Below are positions 34,719-42,541 of a stretch of 42,872 nt of DNA, in pieces. Each line of letters opens with the position of its first letter. Position 1 is the first letter of the stretch. The stretch is from positions 1 to 42,872 of the forward strand of contig JAISRN010000179.1 of assembly GCA_031273605.1 (NCBI GenBank), written 5' to 3'. The translations under genes were made by a program, and so were the position numbers. The notes beneath the pieces were generated by a model. That model was given only the letters and a program-made list of their open reading frames with translations. It ran no database searches and was not told the DNA's origin. Origin of the DNA: Spirochaetales bacterium. Lineage in GTDB: Bacteria; Spirochaetota; Spirochaetia; UBA9216.

Positions 34719-34728
34719 TTTCGAAGGC

Positions 34729-35781
34729 CTAGGGAAGGCTCGAAAGCACCCTGGCAATACCCTCGATATCCTCTTTTCCCAGGGAAGGATAAAGGGGAAA
34801 GAGGAGGCAGCGCAGGGCTAGGGTCCGGGCGCCGGGGTAGTCCCCCTCCAGGTCCGGGGACCGGCGGAAGACCGAATTTTCAAAGGCCGGGGAACAAAAG
34901 ATCCTTTTCTTCCGGGCGTAATTGAGGATCTCCCGGGCCCCGGATTTAACCAAAACCGGAAAGGTGTAGGGAATGTGGGGAGGAGCTTCGGGGGAGTCTC
35001 CCCCGGGGGGAAGGGGGCTGCGGTTTCGGGACTTTTGCAGGGCCTGGAGGAAAATTTCCCGCTCCTCCAGCCGCCGGGCGATGAATTTCTCCAGCCGGTT
35101 AAGCTGACTTAAGGCCAGGGAAGCCTGAAGGTCGGTGAGAACCTGGCTCGTGTCCAGTTCTTCCACCCGGCCCTTAAGGTCCTGGTTCTCCCTGCGGCCG
35201 GAGGCATAGATAAAAACTCCCCCCAGGGCGGAGATAAAGCCCTCTTCGTCCAGGCAAAAGATTCCCGAACCCCGGCGGGGGCGGGGCCTGGTAAGCCGGG
35301 AGGCAAAGATCTGGCTTAGGTCTTCGATAATCTTCACCGGCGAATCCCCCAGGGGTTCCAGATTGTTTTCAAAGCCCAGGTGATGGTGGATGAGAAAGAT
35401 CTCCGCCGTTTCTTCCGGCCTTTTTCCCTGGGGCAGCCTGAGGGTACAGGTATCCGGGTCCACATCCAGAAAAACCGGCTTAAGCCCTTCCTTTTTAAGG
35501 GCCCCCAGGTACCATCCGGGGGAAAGCACCGAAAGGGCCACCCGGGGAGGGCCGTCCTGGGGAATTTCCTCCCCAAGCCCCGCCACGGTCGCCCCCAAAA
35601 GCAGTTCCAGCGCCCTGGGGTACTCCCGAATGCCGTACACCCCGGGGACCTGCAGGTCCTGGCTGAACCTCTTTAAAAGGGCCCGGCAATGCTCCCCCGG
35701 CCCCAGATTCTCCTCCACCAGGCAGGTTAAGACCGCATCCATGTCCTTTCTAACGATAGAAGGCTTAAAGGTAAGTATCAT
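34729..35781 (-). CDS. DegT/DnrJ/EryC1-fold (aminotransferase class V-like) protein, apparently lacking the PLP-binding lysine
   Basis: 350 aa, colinear by eye with DegT-family landmarks (N-terminal FKPSI..., VFLDVDPDT, IIEDLSQ, C-terminal LLFPLYPSL). The SFxxxKxxxxGEGG region reads IFCLDEEGFISALGG, with no Lys. Confidence 0.65.
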   Translation of the reverse strand: MILTFKPSIVRKDMDAVLTCLVEENLGPGEHCRALLKRFSQDLQVPGVYGIREYPRALELLLGATVAGLGEEIPQDGPPRVALSVLSPGWYLGALKKEGLKPVFLDVDPDTCTLRLPQGKRPEETAEIFLIHHHLGFENNLEPLGDSPVKIIEDLSQIFASRLTRPRPRRGSGIFCLDEEGFISALGGVFIYASGRRENQDLKGRVEELDTSQVLTDLQASLALSQLNRLEKFIARRLEEREIFLQALQKSRNRSPLPPGGDSPEAPPHIPYTFPVLVKSGAREILNYARKKRIFCSPAFENSVFRRSPDLEGDYPGARTLALRCLLFPLYPSLGKEDIEGIARVLSSLP

Positions 35782-35789
35782 GGGGGGTT

Positions 35790-36299
35790 TTATATGCCCA
35801 TGGCATCCAGGTTTTGAAGTTCCTTGGGGTCAAAAAGCCGGTCAATGTCCAGAATGATCAGGTAGCCGTTTTCCTCCTGAAAAACCCCCTGGATGTACTC
35901 CGCCCCAATCCCCGAGAGCATCTGGGGGGGGGGTTGGATCTTCTCCCGATCCACCGAAACAACCCGGGATATCTTGTCGATAAAGATCCCCAACTGCTTG
36001 CCCTGAAGGGTAATGATTAAAAACCCGCTCAAAAGCTCTTCCCCTTCCCCTAAAACCGCCCTTTTAATGTGAAACCGCTTGTGAAGGTTAATCAGGGGAA
36101 TAATGGCCCCCCTAAGGTTGAAGATCCCCTCCACATAGGCGGGGGCGTTGGGGATGGGACGGATATTCCGGACCTTGTGGATCTCCTTCACCTTCATAAT
36201 GTCGATCCCGTAATGCTCGTTTCCCAACTGAAAGGTAACCAGTTGGTACTTTTCTTCGGTTTCGATGGCGTCGGTTTTCATCATTTTGAGCGTGTTCAA
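35790..36299 (-). CDS. cheW: chemotaxis coupling protein CheW
   Basis: 169 aa. CheW domain (YQLVTFQLGNEHYGIDIMKVKEI...RGAIIPLINL). TTG start with AAGGAGA RBS. Confidence 0.93.
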   Translation of the reverse strand: MNTLKMMKTDAIETEEKYQLVTFQLGNEHYGIDIMKVKEIHKVRNIRPIPNAPAYVEGIFNLRGAIIPLINLHKRFHIKRAVLGEGEELLSGFLIITLQGKQLGIFIDKISRVVSVDREKIQPPPQMLSGIGAEYIQGVFQEENGYLIILDIDRLFDPKELQNLDAMGI

Positions 36300-36337
36300 T
36301 TAAGATCTCCTTCTGGATCCCTACTTTTGGACTTAAT

Positions 36338-36351
36338 TGTAACGGGTTACA
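36338..36351. promoter_or_regulatory. perfect 14-bp palindrome upstream of cheW (candidate operator)
   Basis: TGTAAC-GG-GTTACA, about 40-50 nt upstream of the cheW start. The 2-nt centre is too small for an RNA hairpin loop, so a dimeric DNA-binding site is more likely. Confidence 0.3.
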
Positions 36352-36414
36352 GGAATTTTTTCAAGGGGAAAGGAGGGCCGGACAGGATAAACCCATAGGA
36401 ATTTTTAACCGCCC

Positions 36415-36912
36415 CTAGCGCAGGGAGGCCGCCTGTTCCCTGGTACACCTTTGCCAATACTGGCTTCCCCCGATGCCCAGGCCGATTTCCCCCCTTATTT
36501 CCAGGGCCTCTTCCTTAAACCGGCCGCCGTCCGCGGGGTGGTAAATGAGCTTGCATTTATAAATGCTTCCGTTTTCGGGATTAATAACGTGGCCGTCCTC
36601 CCAGTAGCCCCTCCGGGTCATCCGCAGCCCGAAGATCCAGGGGGTGCCGATCATGGGCATCTCGTTCACATTGCCCTCCAGGGGATAGCCCGGATAGCTC
36701 CGGCGGCACCGGACCGCCCTCTGGGACTCCGGCAAGCCCGGGGCGGAAAGCATCTTGCCCAACAAAAGGCCCCCGCTTTCATAAATTTCCCACCCCGCCG
36801 TCCGGGCGCCGCTCCGGTCGTCCACGCTGAACCAGTAGCCCTCCGCGGGGTCCAGGGCAAAACAGAACCCCGCCGCCAGGGCAAAGACAAAAACTCCCGT
36901 TATTTTTTTCAT
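36415..36912 (-). CDS. secreted DUF2147-family protein
   Basis: 165 aa. Signal peptide. GYWFSVDD...GWEIYESGGLLLGKM and WEDGHVINPENGSIYKCKL...LEIRGEIG...WQR match my recollection of the DUF2147 pattern. Confidence 0.75.
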   Translation of the reverse strand: MKKITGVFVFALAAGFCFALDPAEGYWFSVDDRSGARTAGWEIYESGGLLLGKMLSAPGLPESQRAVRCRRSYPGYPLEGNVNEMPMIGTPWIFGLRMTRRGYWEDGHVINPENGSIYKCKLIYHPADGGRFKEEALEIRGEIGLGIGGSQYWQRCTREQAASLR

Positions 36913-36931
36913 CTTTAGTCTCCAAACCGCT

Positions 36932-38269
36932 TTAAAAAACCGTACGGAGCCCCAGTTTCAGGAAGTGGTTATCCCGGTACTGCCCAAACTGCCCCTCCCG
37001 GTCGCCCCCAAAGAAGGCGGCAAAAAAGAACAGGCTTATATCCCCCTTGGTCCAGGTAAGGCCCGGCGCCAGGAGAAAGTCCTCGGCCTCAATTTCGTAG
37101 ATTCCCGCCAGGCGGACCTCCAGTTCCCCCCGGAAGAAGCTCCGGGAAAGGGCCGCCATGATCCGGGTGGCCGTGGGGTCCGTCCCGGCCTCTATGTCCG
37201 CCGGGTTGCCGCCCAGCTTATCGTTGAAAAGCCGCGCCGTCCCGGAACCCTGGAGGTTCAGCATGATGTCCCCCGGCAGGGTACGGTCAAACCCCGCCGA
37301 CCAGGCCGCATGGGGGTTGTATACCTGGCCGTCATCCCCCTTTAGATCGGCGGTAAGGTTAAGGGCCCCCTCCACCCGGAGGTTAAACCCGGCTATCACC
37401 CCCGCGTAATCCAGCCCCACCTGGTGGTAGGGGTTATACTCAAAGCTGATACTATCAAGGGTATAGGAAGCGTTGAATGAAAGAATGGCTGCAGGGGTAG
37501 CCAGCCGCCCATAGTAGTACTGAAACCCCAGATCCGCGGAGCCTAGGGTGGTGGTAAATCTCACCCCCCCCTGGGCGTATTCCAGGCTGTCAAGGGCGCC
37601 GGGATAACTCGGAGCGGTATTCGATGGTAACATATCTATCATGACCTTCATGGCCGGAGGAAACCAGCGGCTGTCCGCGGCGGGAAGGGGGGCGGGTTGA
37701 TACCAGGGCACAAACACCCCCTCCACCTTGGTCCAACTCCCGATGTGATAGGTCCCGTGGAGGAGGGGCCGGGGAATCTTGAGGCTGGCAAAGTCGTCCA
37801 AACCGGAAAGCCCGGTGAGGTCCGCGGCGTCCAGGGGGTTGATCACGTCCAGGGGGCCCAGGCTGTCCGCCTTGCCCCAGGTAAGGGTGAGGAGCCCCGC
37901 TTCCAGGGTGAAGCTGCCAAAACGCCCCCGGAGGTAGGCCTCGTCCAGGGCAACGGGGCTGCCGGCGCCGTCAAAAACCGGGGTTAAACTAAGGGCAATC
38001 ACCGCCTCAACCCCGGAGGCCCCGGCGGAAAACTTGAGGGCGCCGGAAAAAATGTTCCCCAGGGAAACCTTGCCGGGACCCCCGGAAAAATCCCCGGGAT
38101 AGGCAATCACCGCAGCGCGGACCTCGCCGCCCACGGAGGCCCCCAAGCCCCCTCCCGATGATGCAGGGGGGTCCGCCGCTCCAAACCCAAAGCCGAAATC
38201 CTGGGCGCCCGCCGCCAAGCCCGAAGCCAGCAGAAAAAACCAACAAAGTAAAGGCCTTGCTCTTTTCAT
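36932..38269 (-). CDS. outer-membrane beta-barrel protein, family not recognised
   Basis: 445 aa. Signal peptide ending AAGAQD, alternating hydrophobic/aromatic strand pattern throughout, C-terminal LKLGLRTVF with a terminal Phe (OMP/BAM signature). Confidence 0.65.
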   Translation of the reverse strand: MKRARPLLCWFFLLASGLAAGAQDFGFGFGAADPPASSGGGLGASVGGEVRAAVIAYPGDFSGGPGKVSLGNIFSGALKFSAGASGVEAVIALSLTPVFDGAGSPVALDEAYLRGRFGSFTLEAGLLTLTWGKADSLGPLDVINPLDAADLTGLSGLDDFASLKIPRPLLHGTYHIGSWTKVEGVFVPWYQPAPLPAADSRWFPPAMKVMIDMLPSNTAPSYPGALDSLEYAQGGVRFTTTLGSADLGFQYYYGRLATPAAILSFNASYTLDSISFEYNPYHQVGLDYAGVIAGFNLRVEGALNLTADLKGDDGQVYNPHAAWSAGFDRTLPGDIMLNLQGSGTARLFNDKLGGNPADIEAGTDPTATRIMAALSRSFFRGELEVRLAGIYEIEAEDFLLAPGLTWTKGDISLFFFAAFFGGDREGQFGQYRDNHFLKLGLRTVF

Positions 38270-38291
38270 TTCCTAATCCTTAATTAAAAGA

Positions 38292-39065
38292 TTACCCCGG
38301 CACGCCGGTTTCAAGATAGGTGAGGGTAAAAACCCCCTCCGGAATGGGCTCATCGTAGCGGATGATGTCGGTATAAACCGTGGTCGACGTGCCTGCGCTC
38401 ACCGTGGATATCCGCACAACCGTCGCGGTCAGCCGCCCGCTCACCTCCCTAAACCCCGAGGATTCCATAACCTTAGCCACGGCGCCCCGGCGGTCAAACA
38501 TCTCAATCCGCAGGGAGCTGTTGTTTTCCTTAGCAATCCAGCTTAGGGTTTTGGAATACTGGTAGGAACCGTCCTTGGGAATCGATTCGATAACATAACA
38601 GGGAACCCCCTGGTAAACCTCTTCCCTCACTATCCGGTGGGTGTCGGCGCCGCTGTCCCGGCTGGCCGCGGCCATATCGTCGTAGGACATATCGGTTCCC
38701 ATAAAATTGCCGCCGCTGTCATCCGCGGCAATGCGCCGGGTCCTGCCCAGGCTGGGGAGGAAAATCCACTGATCCGTTCCCCCGGTCCCGTTCTCCATGG
38801 TCAAAAAACGGGTGCCCCGGACCGAGGCCGGGCTTTGGAACTGGATGATCATCCGGTCCCCCTGGGGCCCTTTTTTGGAGTACTGGTCGATAACCCGCTC
38901 GGTGGTGGAACCGTTCCGGGCGGTAATCACCAGCCGGGACCGGGTAGAAACGGTCTGGGCGTCCATGGAACTCCGGGAGGCGGCAATGATGGCCGCCCCG
39001 TCCTGGGCCCCCGCCAGGGCCGCCGCCAAAACAAAAACCCCCAGGAAAAAGGCCGATCTTTTCAT
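38292..39065 (-). CDS. LolA-like 'outer membrane lipoprotein-sorting protein' family periplasmic protein
   Basis: 257 aa. Signal peptide. Central DQWIFLPSLGRTRRIAADDSGGNFMGTDMSYDDM motif typical of the LolA_like family found next to MMPL/RND pumps. AAGGAG RBS; 1 nt after the pump stop. Confidence 0.75.
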   Translation of the reverse strand: MKRSAFFLGVFVLAAALAGAQDGAAIIAASRSSMDAQTVSTRSRLVITARNGSTTERVIDQYSKKGPQGDRMIIQFQSPASVRGTRFLTMENGTGGTDQWIFLPSLGRTRRIAADDSGGNFMGTDMSYDDMAAASRDSGADTHRIVREEVYQGVPCYVIESIPKDGSYQYSKTLSWIAKENNSSLRIEMFDRRGAVAKVMESSGFREVSGRLTATVVRISTVSAGTSTTVYTDIIRYDEPIPEGVFTLTYLETGVPG

Positions 39066-39066
39066 T

Positions 39067-41793
39067 TTATGCTCCTTGATAAATGAATTTTGGTTTTATG
39101 ATTTCCAGCAGCACCGGAATAATCGTCAAACTTAACAGGGCGCTTAAGCCCATGCTCAGGGCAATGAGGATTCCCATTTCCCCCAAAAAGTTAAGGTTAG
39201 AAAAAATGAGCACCAAAAAGCCCCCCCCCACGGACACCGCATTAATCAGGATGGCCTTGCCGCAGTCGGCAAAGCTCCGCCGCAGAAAGCCCTCCCCCCC
39301 CTTCAAGGCCCGGAATTCCCGCTTAAAAGCCTCCAGATAATGAATCGTGTAATCCACGCCGATGCCCACGGTGAGGCTGGCCATCATCGCGGTACCCATG
39401 TTGAGCTTGATCCCCGTGAAACCCATAACCCCAAAACTGGCCAGGATGGAAAGGGCCAAAGGCAGGGCGCCTATCAGGCCGGCCGCCAGAGACCGGTTGG
39501 AAATGGCGATGATCAGGAAAACGATGAATATGGCCGCTACCAGGGAAGTGATCTGGGAGTTCACGATATTGCTGTTCAACGCGTTCTGAACCAAGGCGCC
39601 GCCGGACAGGCTGACCGTAACCGCCGGGGGAAAGTTGGCCTGGACAAAGTCCCGGATAAAATCCTGCACCCGGTTAATATCCCGGCCGCTGGCGCTCCGG
39701 AGCATCACCTGGGAGCGGATAACCGTGGGTTCCAGGGAATCGTTGGCATACTGGGTAAGGCTGCCGGCCAGCATCGCCAGGTAGTTGGCCACCACGGACT
39801 GCAATTCCTGGGGGGTGGTTTTTCCGTAGCGCTCCGGGTCGGTGGGAATTTCGTAATAGGCCAGCCCCTGGTAGTTAATCTGCCTTTCCAAATCCCGGAC
39901 CAGTTCGGTACCGCTCAGGGCGGCCGTTTTGCCCGCCGCCGTATCAAGCATGGCAAGCCAATCGGCGGCGCCGTAGTTTTTGAGCCGCTCCTCCCAGGTT
40001 TCCCCGCCGAGGTCCGCCTCAAGGCGCCCGGCGTCCCCGCCGCTATGGCCCCCCTCTTCCTCCCATCCGGCAAACCCAAAGTCACCCAACCCGGACTCCC
40101 CCCCGGACTCTCCCAACCCAAAATCTCCAAATCCGAAGTCTCCCAACCCGTCCCCAGCCCCGGCCTCACCCAAGGCAAAATCGCCCCCGTCCCCAAACCC
40201 AAAGTTTCCCGGCCCGGAATTCCCCCCGGCCTGCCTGGTCAGCCCGGCGGGGCTCTCCTCGGCGTTCCATACCTGGTTAATCCGCTTTATCATGTCGGTA
40301 AACCCGACGGCCGCCCCCACCTCCGGTACCCTTTCGTTAAGAAAGGTCATCAGCTTATCCAGGGGGCCCAGCACATCCGGGGCCAGGAGAACCTCCGAAC
40401 TTTCGGCTTCCAGGATAATGTCAATCACCGTGGAACCGGTAAATTTTTCACCGATAAACCGGTCGGACCGGACCAACTCCGCCTTGGGGTTAAAGTACTC
40501 CAGCATCACATTATCGATGATCAGTTTTGAAAGGCCGGAAAAGGAAAGAACCGCCCCTAGGGCGCAGATAAAAATCACCAAACCCCTTTTCCGGGAGGCG
40601 GCAAAAAAAGCGCCCCCTATGGCCAGGCTCAACCGGTCCTCCGCGGCGGCCTTCTTTTCTTTAAGGGGCGTTTTGCGGGGGCCCCGGATTAACAGGAGGG
40701 CGGGTATCAGGGTTACCGCCACGGCAAAGGCAATCATCACCCCCACCGCGGCAAAAACCCCGAGGTTTCGCATGGGGGTTACCGAGGCAAAAAGAAAGGA
40801 GATGAATCCCCCGAAGGTGGTGAGGGCCGCCAGAAAGACGGGCTTCATGATCTTCCGGATCAGGGCAAACACCAGGTCCCGGTGTTCCTCCGGGGTTAAA
40901 AGGCGGTTGGTCATATCGTGGAAGTAGTGGGTTACCACGTGAATACCGTAGGCGCTCCCCACCGCCACGAGAATCACCGGCACCAGGGTGGAGATAACCG
41001 TCATTTTAACCTGGAACAAGGGCATAAGCCCCACGGTCCAGATGACCGCGACGATAACCGTAAGGAGGGGCAGGACTATTCCGGACAGGCGGCGGAAGGA
41101 AAAAAACAGCACCCCCAGCACCACCAGGATAACCAGGGGAACCAGGAGGGTGAGGTCATCCACCAGGGCGGCGGTAACTTCGCTGATCATCAGGGGATAG
41201 CCGGTCCAATACACCCTGGTCTGGTCATCAAAGCAGCGGGCCGCCTCCCGAATTTCCGCCACCGCCTCGGCCACCACGGTATCCACCGCCGCCGATTGGG
41301 GCAGGGGAAAGGTGATGGTAATCATGGTTGAGGTGAGGTCCTCCGATACCAGCATGGTTTGCATCAGGGGCCAGGAGGCAAGCCGCCTTTTTAACTCGGC
41401 AACCTCCGCGGCGGTTCCCCCCCAATCCTTTTCCATCAGGCCGGTAATCACAATGCCGCCATCCCGGCCGGTGATGTAATCCATCGAAATAAAGGAGTTA
41501 ATCTGGCTGACCAGGGGAATCTCCTCCAGGGCTTCGACAAAACCCTTTAAATCCGCCAAAAACCCGGGGTCAAAAACCGTTCCGTAGGGCCGTTCCAGCC
41601 CCACTATCAAACTAAGGGAACCCCCAAAAAGATCGTCAATCCGCTCGGAGAGGATCACCGCCGGATCATCGGCGGGCAGAAAATTAATATTGTTGTTATC
41701 AATCTCTACCCGGAGCAACTGAAGAGAAAAGAACAGGGTGATAAGCCCGATGACGGCCACTATCAGCCAGGGACGCTTAAAAAACCGATCCAT
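39067..41793 (-). CDS. MMPL/RND-superfamily (HpnN-like) inner-membrane exporter, 12-TM with two large periplasmic loops (start moved to the ATG at 41793)
   Basis: ~908 aa. Two repeats of 1 TM + loop + 5-TM bundle. MMPL/SSD-like TM blocks (GSAYGIHV, GIGVDYTIHYL). The ATG at 41793 has AAGGGG upstream; the ORF-track TTG (41814) has no SD. Loop 2 carries a GDFGFG repeat insert. Confidence 0.88.
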   Translation of the reverse strand: MDRFFKRPWLIVAVIGLITLFFSLQLLRVEIDNNNINFLPADDPAVILSERIDDLFGGSLSLIVGLERPYGTVFDPGFLADLKGFVEALEEIPLVSQINSFISMDYITGRDGGIVITGLMEKDWGGTAAEVAELKRRLASWPLMQTMLVSEDLTSTMITITFPLPQSAAVDTVVAEAVAEIREAARCFDDQTRVYWTGYPLMISEVTAALVDDLTLLVPLVILVVLGVLFFSFRRLSGIVLPLLTVIVAVIWTVGLMPLFQVKMTVISTLVPVILVAVGSAYGIHVVTHYFHDMTNRLLTPEEHRDLVFALIRKIMKPVFLAALTTFGGFISFLFASVTPMRNLGVFAAVGVMIAFAVAVTLIPALLLIRGPRKTPLKEKKAAAEDRLSLAIGGAFFAASRKRGLVIFICALGAVLSFSGLSKLIIDNVMLEYFNPKAELVRSDRFIGEKFTGSTVIDIILEAESSEVLLAPDVLGPLDKLMTFLNERVPEVGAAVGFTDMIKRINQVWNAEESPAGLTRQAGGNSGPGNFGFGDGGDFALGEAGAGDGLGDFGFGDFGLGESGGESGLGDFGFAGWEEEGGHSGGDAGRLEADLGGETWEERLKNYGAADWLAMLDTAAGKTAALSGTELVRDLERQINYQGLAYYEIPTDPERYGKTTPQELQSVVANYLAMLAGSLTQYANDSLEPTVIRSQVMLRSASGRDINRVQDFIRDFVQANFPPAVTVSLSGGALVQNALNSNIVNSQITSLVAAIFIVFLIIAISNRSLAAGLIGALPLALSILASFGVMGFTGIKLNMGTAMMASLTVGIGVDYTIHYLEAFKREFRALKGGEGFLRRSFADCGKAILINAVSVGGGFLVLIFSNLNFLGEMGILIALSMGLSALLSLTIIPVLLEIIKPKFIYQGA

Positions 41794-41825
41794 AGGAACC
41801 CCTTGATGCGACAAAAGCTGTTATT

Positions 41826-41839
41826 GCTACATTTGTAGC
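41826..41839. promoter_or_regulatory. candidate TetR operator (perfect palindrome)
   Basis: GCTACA-TT-TGTAGC, located just downstream of the predicted -10 of the pump promoter and about 30 nt upstream of the pump start. Confidence 0.45.
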
Positions 41840-41849
41840 TTTTGTAACG

Positions 41850-41878
41850 GATATACCACCCCGGCCTTGACTTGTCAA
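41850..41878 (-). promoter_or_regulatory. predicted sigma70-type promoter of the MMPL operon
   Basis: Minus strand reads TTGACA (41878-41873) - 17 nt - TATATC (41855-41850). Confidence 0.45.
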
Positions 41879-41896
41879 TCCCTAAAATGCAAAATT
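41867..41896 (+). promoter_or_regulatory. predicted promoter of the tetR-family gene
   Basis: TTGACT (41867-41872), 17-18 nt spacer, TGcAAAATT (41888-41896). Its -35 overlaps the minus-strand -35 in the palindrome TTGAC-TT-GTCAA. Confidence 0.35.
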
Positions 41897-41932
41897 CAGG
41901 TAAAAGAAACACCGGGAGGATAATTGTTGTAA

Positions 41933-42541
41933 ATGTTGCAAAAAGCTAATCGGGCGGTGGAACGGACAAAACGCTGGATCTTTGAGGCCCTGATGGCTCT
42001 GCTGGACAAAAAGCCCTATCAGGAGATCGGCATTTCGGACATCACGGAAAAGGCGGGGGTGGCCCGTACCTCCTTTTACCGCCATTACGCCAGCAAGGAC
42101 GATATTTTAATACAGTACATGAGCGTTAATTTTACCGGAATCATCTTAACCATGAAGGAATACAGCCGCCAGGGGGCGCTAGAAACCATGACCGCCCTCT
42201 TTCGCTTTTTGCAGGAAAATTCGGAGGTGGCGGAAAAACTGCTGCGAAACGATCTGGAGCATATTCTCTTTTCCTTTGTCGATAGCTGCGAAGTGTTTTT
42301 TTTAGATTTAGATATTGATAAGGACTCCCTGTCCCAGGAGGAAAATCTGCTTTTCCAATACTCGATAAAGTACCAATTTGGCGGGGTTTTCCGGATGGCC
42401 ATGTACTGGCTCAAAAACCACATGCCCCTGCCCCCGGAGAAAATGGGGGCCATTGCCAACCAGTTCCTCATTCCCTTCAACGAACAAAACCGGGGCATCA
42501 CCGATCTGCTGCTCAGGATGAAAAACCTGCCCCCTTCCTGA
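41933..42541 (+). CDS. TetR/AcrR-family transcriptional regulator
   Basis: 202 aa. N-terminal HTH (YQEIGISDITEKAGVARTSFYRHYASKDDIL) and a helical ligand-binding C-terminal domain. Divergent from the pump operon. Confidence 0.9.
   Translation: MLQKANRAVERTKRWIFEALMALLDKKPYQEIGISDITEKAGVARTSFYRHYASKDDILIQYMSVNFTGIILTMKEYSRQGALETMTALFRFLQENSEVAEKLLRNDLEHILFSFVDSCEVFFLDLDIDKDSLSQEENLLFQYSIKYQFGGVFRMAMYWLKNHMPLPPEKMGAIANQFLIPFNEQNRGITDLLLRMKNLPPS

Noticed and set aside
40031-40227. GDFGFG region considered as a DNA tandem repeat or CRISPR-like array
   Set aside because: The repetition is at the peptide level. The nucleotide units are degenerate and of unequal length, and the region is in frame inside the pump gene.
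39340-40927. Long plus-strand ORFs (396 aa and 315 aa) antisense to the MMPL pump gene
   Set aside because: Their products are Gly/Pro/Arg/His/Ser-rich and low-complexity, and there is no SD. They lie entirely opposite a well-supported 12-TM gene. These are typical shadow ORFs of GC-rich DNA.
41883-41888. TAAAAT hexamer as the -10 of the tetR promoter
   Set aside because: It lies only 10 nt from the TTGACT -35, and no alternative -35 sits at 16-18 nt. The downstream TGcAAAATT fits the spacing better.
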